Assembly (NCBI GenBank): GCA_050250895.1
Contig: JBFWNU010000001.1
Location: forward strand, 1,512,008 to 1,576,007
DNA from: Vulcanimicrobiota bacterium
GTDB lineage: Bacteria; Vulcanimicrobiota; Xenobia; Xenobiales; JADMJV01
DNA: 64,000 bases
Reading direction: 5' to 3'
The notes beneath the pieces were generated by a model that was given only the letters and a program-made list of their open reading frames with translations, was not told where the DNA came from and made no database searches. Position numbers and translations under genes: made by a program. Shown here in pieces: positions 1 through 7,036 of this stretch (position 1 is the stretch's first letter; each line of letters opens with the position of its first letter).

Positions 1-560
1 GAGATTCCCAGCTTACCCATGGCATAGTCCATCATGAGCAAGCTGGCATCGCCTTCGATCACCGCCTGAGCGGCAAAACTGGCATCGGTCGAAGTGGCCG
101 TCTTTCGGGCGATCTTCTCGAGGTCGAAATGCTGATCTTGAATGGCGTGGCCGAGTTCGTGAACGGTGAAAAGATCGGTCAGGTCCAGCCCCAGGGCAGC
201 GCCGACATCGGGCAAGTTGGCGTCTTTGACCACGATGTATCGCTTCTTGGCGGGGTCGTACAGGCCGCGAACCTGGCTGGCGTAGAGGGTGCGCAAGATG
301 GTGCGAATCGACCCGCTCTCGGGCATCAGCCCCAGGCTCTTGAGAAAGAACTCTTGAGCGGCCGTGAGGTCGGGGTCCAATTCTGCGTCGAGCAGTTTGA
401 GGACATAGTCTGCGGCCTGCTTCTGACTGACCACGGAGCTGGGGATTTTTCGGTATGACAATTCGCGCAGGCGGCCGGCTTCGGCCCCCAGAGCCCCGAG
501 ATCGGGTTGGGCCAGCGCGGCCGCGGACAACAGTAAGAAGAGGATGGACAGGTGGCGCAT
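1..560 (-). CDS. Secreted putative zinc metallopeptidase (HExxH...E gluzincin-like; Hvo_1808-like), 3' end runs off the window
   Basis: Not in the ORF track because it has no stop in the window. Manual translation from ATG 560 gives MRHLSILFLLLSAAALAQ (signal peptide)...GLYDPAKK...HELGHAIQDQHFDL...AVIEGDA. Confidence 0.75.
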   Translation of the reverse strand, partial: MRHLSILFLLLSAAALAQPDLGALGAEAGRLRELSYRKIPSSVVSQKQAADYVLKLLDAELDPDLTAAQEFFLKSLGLMPESGSIRTILRTLYASQVRGLYDPAKKRYIVVKDANLPDVGAALGLDLTDLFTVHELGHAIQDQHFDLEKIARKTATSTDASFAAQAVIEGDASLLMMDYAMGKLGI

Positions 561-597
561 GAGGGCCCAATTCTGGTCAGCGGTAGGGAACCCCTGG

Positions 598-629
598 AAA
601 TGAAACGGGCGACCCTCGCGGGTCGCCCG
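598..629 (-). terminator. Intrinsic terminator
   Basis: Minus strand reads CGGGCGACCC-GCGA-GGGTCGCCCG-TTTCATTT: perfect 10-bp stem, GNRA loop, U-rich tail. Confidence 0.7.
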
Positions 630-806
630 CCATCGGAGGTTTGCGTATTTCTACGCGCCCACCCCTCCGCGGGTGGGTGTTATACTGTCGTAAATGGCAC
701 CCACCTCCCTTCCTGTCGCGTTCTTCGTCGACATACGGACGCTGGGGTCGGTCCACCCCTGTCCGCTTCGCAGCCAGGACCGTTGGCTACGAGAACTTTT
801 CAAGTC
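600..806 (-). ncRNA. Candidate structured small RNA (or small-peptide transcript), family unknown
   Basis: Bounded by a near-consensus sigma70 promoter and a terminator; contains several hairpins (CGTAGCCA/TGGCTGCG, GCGGAC/GTCCGT, GCGTA-GAAA-TACGC); no convincing ORF. Confidence 0.5.
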
Positions 807-812
807 GCGAAA

Positions 813-841
813 ATTGTAACAAACGTGTGAACGCTAGTCAA
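813..841 (-). promoter_or_regulatory. sigma70-type promoter with extended -10
   Basis: Minus strand TTGACT (841-836), 17-nt spacer ending TGT, then TACAAT (818-813). Confidence 0.7.
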
Positions 842-1679
842 GAGTTTGAGCCTGTGGGAGAGGCGTAAATATCTCTTGAAGTTGGCGGGCCGCCGAGGGG
901 GCTCTCAGAGTGGGCCGCACCAGGGGGTCAGAGTCAATCCTGAAGACCCTCTGTTGCTGCACTGCGCGTAAGTTAGACCAACCGGGCAAGCGGGCCGCCT
1001 CGGTCGGGTCGAGGGTCGTGAGGACAATCACATCCGGGTCTCTTAGCAAAAGATCCTCATGGGACACGTTGGGATAGCCGTCAAGTTCAGAGAAGATGTT
1101 CTTCCCGCCGGCCAGGGTGATCAACTGGTCGACGAAGGAGCCCCCTCCGGCGGTCATCAGCGGGGTGCTCCAAATCTCGATGAAGACTCGCGGGGCCGGC
1201 TGTTTGCTGGCTCGCTCACGAATCTCGGTGACCTCGCGTTCAAATTTGTCCACCAGTTGCCGGGCCCGAGCTTGCTTGCCCACGATCTCTCCCAGTTCGA
1301 GGACCTGCTCTGGCAGGCGGTCCAGGTCGGCCGTGGCCAGGGCTCGACAGGGCACGCGCAAACTCTCCAGGCGCGCTTGCTGGGTGTTGAAGCCGGGGTC
1401 GAGCAGAACCAGATCGGGACGCAGCGAGACAACCTTTTCGTAGTTGATGTTCATGTCTCCGACCGAAGGTCGGGCTTTGACCTCGGGGGGAAAATCATCG
1501 TTGTCGGTGACACCCACCACCGACTCGCCCGCCCCCAGGGCAAAAAGAAGCTCGGTCAGGCTGGGGACCAAAGAGACAATGCGCCGGGGCGTGTCGGGGC
1601 TGGCGGCCGGACGAGGCGAATCGGGCGAGCAGCCTGCTAGCAGCAGGGCGGTGACGAATATCAGCCAGAAGTCTCTCAT
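834..1679 (-). CDS. btuF: Cobalamin-binding lipoprotein of an ABC transporter (BtuF-like, helical-backbone metal receptor)
   Basis: Lipobox LLAGC; RIVSLVPSLTELLFALGAG and EKVVSLRPDLV motifs; lies directly downstream of a B12 riboswitch. Start could be 1706. Confidence 0.85.
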   Translation of the reverse strand: MRDFWLIFVTALLLAGCSPDSPRPAASPDTPRRIVSLVPSLTELLFALGAGESVVGVTDNDDFPPEVKARPSVGDMNINYEKVVSLRPDLVLLDPGFNTQQARLESLRVPCRALATADLDRLPEQVLELGEIVGKQARARQLVDKFEREVTEIRERASKQPAPRVFIEIWSTPLMTAGGGSFVDQLITLAGGKNIFSELDGYPNVSHEDLLLRDPDVIVLTTLDPTEAARLPGWSNLRAVQQQRVFRIDSDPLVRPTLRAPSAARQLQEIFTPLPQAQTLD

Positions 1680-1740
1680 CGTTACAACAAGCAGATCTGG
1701 CTGCATCGGGTGACGCTCTTGTCCGGAGTCTGCCGAATGC

Positions 1741-1885
1741 TCGCAATCGGTCTCCTGACTCTCGGCTCGACGCCTGACACCCCCTTCCCCACGATGGTGC
1801 AGGTGGATCTTGGTGCGGCTCCCCGATTACAGTGGCGGCAACCGTGCCGGATTCACACCGGCTTCCCGTGCATTGCGAACCTTGA
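1741..1885 (-). promoter_or_regulatory. Cobalamin (AdoCbl) riboswitch
   Basis: Minus strand AGGTTC...GGGAAGCCGGTGTGAATCCGGCACGGTTGCCGCCACTGTAA...GGGAAG...AGTCAGGAGACCG: canonical motifs plus B12 box, upstream of btuF. Confidence 0.92.
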
Positions 1886-1970
1886 TCTATTCCGGCTCGA
1901 GAAAGAGCGGACCTGCCCAGGCCCTGTCAAAAATCAGGGACGCATCTGAGGCCTATTCTTAGCCGGGCCC

Positions 1971-4900
1971 TTAGCGGGTCCCGGCCTTGAGCAGGTCGAC
2001 CACGTAACGGCCCAGCAGCTTGGTCTGAGCCGTCGAGAGTTCCACGAACTGAACGCTGTGATGCCAGCCGTGTTCGGGATGCTCGCGCGATTGCAGCACC
2101 TCGCAGAGCACATCCAGACCCTCGTGGATTCCGAAAGACTCGACGCTGAGGGTGATGCGATCTCCGGGCGAGAAGGCTTGCTGGCAACCCAGCAGGGCTC
2201 CACCCAGTCCGAGGTCGAGACAGGTTCCAGCCACCTTGCTCCCATCGGGCAGGACCAGATCCACCGCCAGATTGGCTGGGGCACGAGTGAATTTGCGCTG
2301 ATTGAAGACCTTGGATTGCATGCCCACTTTGTTGAGCAGCGAGACGACCCAACTGCGGCCGAGCACCTCGGGAGATTCGCTAAACTGCAATCCGGCTTCC
2401 ATCACGCCGGCGTCGGACACCTTGAACCAGACCACCGTGGCGGCCACGCGGTCGTCGGGGTCGTCTTCGCCCCGATAGGGGTTGCTGATGTGCAGGGTCT
2501 GGCCGCGGTTGACCTGGCGCGAAACCACCAGGCGCATACCACCCAGGCTGATGTCCTTGATGGTGGCGTGAAAAATCTGGTTGCCGAAGAAGCAGTTGAC
2601 GTCGTACTCGCAGGAGAGGCGGACCAGACGACGGCGCTCCTGAGGGCTAGCGCCGGGGGAGGCGACGGGAGTGGCCACTCCATCCTTGATGGCCGATAAG
2701 ATACCCTCGCGGGTGCCTCCATCGCCTTGTTCCTGCACGCTTTTGAGTGCCTCGAGAATAGTCGAGCGATACTCGTCGGGAGGCTGCTGCAGTCGCGGCA
2801 CCTCGTTGTCGACGGGGGCCAGTAGCTCTTCTTTCGAAGGCTCCGGCTCTTCTTCAGGCGCTTCGCTCTCGGCCTCTTCTTCGACGGGCTCGGGGACCAG
2901 TTCCTCAAGGTCGGCTACGGCCTCGACCTCGGGAGCCGGGCCGGGGGCCTCGAACAGGGCGTCTCCCAGATCGAGTGTGGCGGGCCCGGCAAACAAGGCG
3001 TCTTGAGTGTCAGCGGGACCCTGCAACAGGGCGGGGCCCTCGAGCTGAGCCACGTCACTCTCTGGGACCCCTTGAAGGGTTTCTTCGGCCTCGGGAGCTA
3101 CCAGGTCGGCACGCGGTTGCTCCACCTCTGGGGCCGGGGCTTCCTGCTCGGACTCCTCGGCTACTACTTCGACGGGCTCGGCACCCTCGTCCTCGAGAGC
3201 CAGCTCGTCTTCACCAGAGTCCTCGACACCGTCGTCTTCTAGCGCGAGTTCGTCGTCCTCGGAGTCTTCGACCGCGTCGTCCTCCAGGGCCACTTCGTCT
3301 TCTTCAGAGTCCTCGACGTCGTCGTCTTCTAGCGCGAGTTCGTCTTCCTCGGAGTCTTCGACGGCGTCGTCCTCTAAGGCAAGCTCTTCTTCCTCAGAAT
3401 CCTCCAGGTCTTCATCCTCGAGGGCAAGTTCATCCTCTTCAGCTTCTTCGCCATGCACTTCGGCCTCGAGGTCCGCGTCAAGCACGAGGTCATCTTCTTC
3501 GAGTTCGAGTTCTTCACCGATCTCGTCGATGTCTTCCAGGGCGAGCTCTTCTTCGATAGAAGCCTCATCCTCGGGCTCCAGAGCCAGCTCTTCGTCGGTG
3601 AGGGCCAGTTCCTCGTCTTCTAGCTCGAGCTCTTCGTCAAGACCCAAATCCTCTTCGAGTTCGGCTTCTTCGAGGGCCAACTCGTCTTCCAGACCCAGTT
3701 CCTCGTCCTCGAGGTCGAGTTCGTCGTCTTCCAGCGCAAGCTCTTCGTCTTCCAGCCCGAGTTCGTCCTCGATGGAAGCTTCCTCTTCGGGCCCGAGGGC
3801 GAGTTCCTCGTCCTCCAGGTCGAGTTCCTCGTCTTCAGGAGCGAGTTCGTCTTCGGCCGACTCTTCGCCGTCGTCTTCCAGGTCGAGGCTCTCGTCTTCA
3901 AGAACCAATTCGTCCTCGACGGGCGCTTCTTCGGCGACTTCGTCTTCGAGGTCAAGCTCTTCGTCCTCGAGGTCAAGCTCGTCGTCTTCGAGGGCCAGCT
4001 CGTCTTCGCCGGACTCTTCGTCTTCGAGGTCGAGTTCTTCGTCCTCGAGAGCCAGCTCGTCTTCGCCAGATTCTTCTTCGGCTTCTTCGTCCTCAAGGTC
4101 GAGTTCTTCGCCTTCGAGGGCCAGCTCGTCTTCGCCGGACTCTTCGTCTTCGAGGTCGAGTTCTTCGTCCTCGAGGGCCAGCTCGTCGTCGCCAGATTCT
4201 TCCTCGACTTCTTCGTCCTCAAGGTCGAGTTCTTCGTCTTCGAGGGCCAGCTCATCTTCCCCAGGCTCTGCGGGCGCCTCGGCCACCTCGACCTCGAGGT
4301 CCAGTTCCTCGTCTTCGAGATCGAGCTCTTCGTCCTCGAGGTCCAGTTCTTCTTCGGGCGATTCTTCTTCAGCTTCGGCGACCTCCAGCTGGGCCCCGAT
4401 GGCGTCGATGTCTTCGAGTTCAAGCTCCGCGGGGGCCGGCTCCGGCTCCCCCGATTCCTCTTCGTCCTCGAGATCGAGTTCGTCTTCTTCGACCTCTTCG
4501 TCTTCTAGAGCTAGCTCGTCTTCCTCAGACTCCTCGACCTCTTCGTCCTCGAGGTCGAGTTCTTCGTCCTCAGACTCCTCTTCGACCTCGTCGTGCTCGA
4601 GAGCCAGTTCCTCTTCCTCGGACTCCTCGTCCTCGAGAGCTTCCTCGTCTTCCTCGACATCATCGTCTTCGAGGCCAAGTGCATCTGCCTCGGACTCTTC
4701 CTCGACGTCATCTTCTTCAAGGTCTAGCTCTTCATCGTCTTCTTCCTCTTCCTCGGACTCCTCGACATCGTCATCCTCGAGGTCGAGGTCGTCTTCGTCT
4801 TCTTCTAGTTCGTCCAGCTCGAGTTGGGGGATATCCAGCAGGGTCGGTTCGGGCCGTTCTTCGCGCGTCCGAAAGGCGATCTGGTCGAGAGGCTCGTCGT

Positions 4901-5756
4901 AATCGTCCTCCTCCTCGTCCTCTTCGTCTTCGGCCTCGTCGTCGTACTCTTCATCTTCGTCTTCGTCTTCATCGTACTCTTCATCTTCGTCTTCGTCTTC
5001 GTCTTCGGCCTCGACCTCGTCGTCGTCTTCCTCGAAGTCTTCGTCTTCCTCGAAGTCTTCGTCTTCCTCGAAGTCTTCGTCTTCCTCGTAATCTTCGTCT
5101 TCCTCAACGTCGTCTTCGAAAAGCTCCTCGCTGTCGAAGTATTGCTCGAAGTCGTCTGGCTCCTGGTATTCTTCGACTTCTTCGAACGAGTCATAGCGCT
5201 CGAGCGACTCGAAACGGCGAAAGTGGCGTTCGATCGACTCCATCTCGTCAGGGCCGCGCTCGAAGGAGGTGTAGTAGAGGGGATCCTCGATGCCGACGCC
5301 ACGGAAGTAGTCTCGGAATGAGGGCAGCGGCTCCTGATCGTCGGGTTCGAAACGGCGGCGGCCGCGCCCGCTCGGGGCCGGTCCGCGGGTGGAAAAGATC
5401 TGGGGCATTTCGACCAACCCGGCCAGCAAGCCCATCAAGCGGGCGCGCTCTTCTTCCGCTTCCCAGATCATTTGCTGGATCAGGCGGGTAGATTTGCCGC
5501 TCTCCTGGCGTTCGGAGAGGTCGGTGCGCAGTTTACGCAGGATCGATTCTACGTCAGAGAGCCGGTCGCGGAGGTTCTCGAGGCGCAGAATGGCAAGACG
5601 GTCACTGGCGAAGTCAATAAGACCCTTCAGTTCCCGCTCTTCGTTCTCCAAGCCGGGCGCCGGCCGGTCTTCCTGGCTTTCTATCGCCAGTTCTTCAAAG
5701 ACCTCAGCCTGCTTCCTCAGCCAGGACGAAACTCTTGATGAATCGAACTCTGGCAT
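1971..5756 (-). CDS. Giant acidic protein: N-terminal coiled-coil domain, ~700-aa D/E/L repeat region, two C-terminal PilZ domains
   Basis: PilZ motifs ERRRLVR...DISLGG and QRKFTR...DLGLGG; long ELDLEDE/ELALEDE repeats. Confidence 0.85.
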   Translation of the reverse strand: MPEFDSSRVSSWLRKQAEVFEELAIESQEDRPAPGLENEERELKGLIDFASDRLAILRLENLRDRLSDVESILRKLRTDLSERQESGKSTRLIQQMIWEAEEERARLMGLLAGLVEMPQIFSTRGPAPSGRGRRRFEPDDQEPLPSFRDYFRGVGIEDPLYYTSFERGPDEMESIERHFRRFESLERYDSFEEVEEYQEPDDFEQYFDSEELFEDDVEEDEDYEEDEDFEEDEDFEEDEDFEEDDDEVEAEDEDEDEDEEYDEDEDEDEEYDDEAEDEEDEEEDDYDEPLDQIAFRTREERPEPTLLDIPQLELDELEEDEDDLDLEDDDVEESEEEEEDDEELDLEEDDVEEESEADALGLEDDDVEEDEEALEDEESEEEELALEHDEVEEESEDEELDLEDEEVEESEEDELALEDEEVEEDELDLEDEEESGEPEPAPAELELEDIDAIGAQLEVAEAEEESPEEELDLEDEELDLEDEELDLEVEVAEAPAEPGEDELALEDEELDLEDEEVEEESGDDELALEDEELDLEDEESGEDELALEGEELDLEDEEAEEESGEDELALEDEELDLEDEESGEDELALEDDELDLEDEELDLEDEVAEEAPVEDELVLEDESLDLEDDGEESAEDELAPEDEELDLEDEELALGPEEEASIEDELGLEDEELALEDDELDLEDEELGLEDELALEEAELEEDLGLDEELELEDEELALTDEELALEPEDEASIEEELALEDIDEIGEELELEEDDLVLDADLEAEVHGEEAEEDELALEDEDLEDSEEEELALEDDAVEDSEEDELALEDDDVEDSEEDEVALEDDAVEDSEDDELALEDDGVEDSGEDELALEDEGAEPVEVVAEESEQEAPAPEVEQPRADLVAPEAEETLQGVPESDVAQLEGPALLQGPADTQDALFAGPATLDLGDALFEAPGPAPEVEAVADLEELVPEPVEEEAESEAPEEEPEPSKEELLAPVDNEVPRLQQPPDEYRSTILEALKSVQEQGDGGTREGILSAIKDGVATPVASPGASPQERRRLVRLSCEYDVNCFFGNQIFHATIKDISLGGMRLVVSRQVNRGQTLHISNPYRGEDDPDDRVAATVVWFKVSDAGVMEAGLQFSESPEVLGRSWVVSLLNKVGMQSKVFNQRKFTRAPANLAVDLVLPDGSKVAGTCLDLGLGGALLGCQQAFSPGDRITLSVESFGIHEGLDVLCEVLQSREHPEHGWHHSVQFVELSTAQTKLLGRYVVDLLKAGTR
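3230..4810 (-). repeat. Coding repeat array (ELDLEDE/ELALEDE units, including a ~126-bp tandem duplication near 4008/4134)
   Basis: gccggactcttcgtcttcgaggtcgagttcttcgtcctcgag recurs 126 bp apart; many 21-nt degenerate units. Confidence 0.85.
5023..5105 (-). repeat. 18-bp coding tandem repeat (EEDEDF x ~4)
   Basis: tcgtcttcctcgaagtct at 5023, 5041 and 5059, with a variant at 5077. Confidence 0.9.
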
Positions 5757-5939
5757 CCCCTTAGCGAGCGAGGCTGACCCGGTGCGCCCGAACGGTGGGC
5801 TCCCCTCGCCCTAACACGATCCCCTTACGGCTACGTAGTTAGCATATGCAACGAATTCCGTTCAAGTCGGCTCGATGCCATCCCTGCTAAACGAAGCAAT
5901 TTTTAGAACAAATGTTCCCCTTTGGGAGGGGACTTGGCC

Positions 5940-6437
5940 TTAGGCTGAGTCTACGACTTCTCGCTGGGAGGCCTTCTTACGGGCCTTCTTGGAGGGGCGA
6001 GCATCGGGCGCGATTTCTCGGCTGCGCCGTACGTCAGGGTTGGGTTTGCGAGCTTTTTGGCGCCCGCGAAGGCGTCGGCTTTCTTCTTCGGCTCGCACAG
6101 CCGCCGTGATGATGTGGTGCAGGCGGACGCGTTCGGACTCGGCGATGCTGATGAACGACTGGATCAAAGAGACCGGACGCCCTTCTTCTACTCGCTTTTG
6201 TTGGTCCTCTTGCAGGCCGCGCAAGATCGATTCGACATCTTCCATGTTCTCCTGGAGAGCTTCCAGCCGCAAAGACGCCAATCGGTCCTGAGCAAGACCG
6301 AGCAGGTCTTCCAGGCGATCTTCCTCTTCCTGGCGTGATTGAAAGGTGTGGGACTTCTCACCTTCCAGAAAGAGTTCTTCTAGCGCCTCTGCTTCAGAAC
6401 GCAGTCTCGACGCAAGCTCGAAGCTTGACTCCCTCAT
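5940..6437 (-). CDS. Coiled-coil protein paralogous to the N-terminus of the giant PilZ protein, with a basic tail
   Basis: SD GGAGG upstream; AQDRLASLRLEALQENMEDVESILRGL aligns with ASDRLAILRLENLRDRLSDVESILRKL. Confidence 0.8.
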   Translation of the reverse strand: MRESSFELASRLRSEAEALEELFLEGEKSHTFQSRQEEEDRLEDLLGLAQDRLASLRLEALQENMEDVESILRGLQEDQQKRVEEGRPVSLIQSFISIAESERVRLHHIITAAVRAEEESRRLRGRQKARKPNPDVRRSREIAPDARPSKKARKKASQREVVDSA

Positions 6438-6598
6438 CTACGAAGTCCTCCAGTTCCCCAAATCGAAATTGAAAAATCGAACATACGATCTTTTAATATC
6501 CCTCAACCCAAATCCTGCCTGAGGAAGAATCCTTACAAACCAGGAGTTCTCCTCCCTCGCAATAATTGATCTGCCAGAATCTTTTCGCCGGAGGACCC

Positions 6599-6862
6599 AT
6601 GAGTCGCCCCAAAGTCGAGATCTATACCTGGCAGACATGTCCTTATTGTTGGAGGGCCAAACAGTTGCTTGAAGATAAGGGGATCGCCTATATCGAGCAT
6701 TCCGTCGACGGCGACGACGAGGCCCGGGCGAAAATGATCGAGCGCGCGGGCGGCCGGCGCAGCGTACCCCAGATTTTTATCAACGACACTCACGTCGGGG
6801 GATGTGATGACCTTCATGATTTGGAGCGCCAGGGTAAGCTCGATGCTTTGCTGGCAGGTTAA
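6599..6862 (+). CDS. grxC: Glutaredoxin 3
   Basis: CPYC active site, SVPQIFIND..VGGCDDL; SD GGAGG before ATG 6599. Confidence 0.95.
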   Translation: MSRPKVEIYTWQTCPYCWRAKQLLEDKGIAYIEHSVDGDDEARAKMIERAGGRRSVPQIFINDTHVGGCDDLHDLERQGKLDALLAG

Positions 6863-6885
6863 GCCTGCCGGCTGATTTCGGCGGA

Positions 6886-6931
6886 AAATGAAAAGACCCT
6901 CGGCATCGGGGGGGGTCATCCGCCAAGGGTC
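6886..6931 (-). terminator. Hairpin plus U-tract between convergent grxC and alaS
   Basis: Minus strand GACCCTTGGC...GCCGAGGGTC-TTTTCATTTT. Confidence 0.5.
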
Positions 6932-7036
6932 GGAGGCGTTAGCCTCTGTAAGAATAATACCGCAGAGACCGGATTGGTCGAAGTGACAATACTACCAAGT
7001 CTGGCTAGTATATAGCTACCAATACGTTTTTTGTGG

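Noticed and set aside
3529-4902. 457-aa poly-Ser ORF on the + strand (and related shadow ORFs at 3620, 4679 and 4824)
   Set aside because: Antisense or alternative-frame shadows of the GAA/GAC/GAG-rich acidic gene, whose PilZ domains fix the real frame.
3230-5105. Possible CRISPR array
   Set aside because: Repeats are degenerate, in-frame coding units with no unique spacers, and there are no cas genes.
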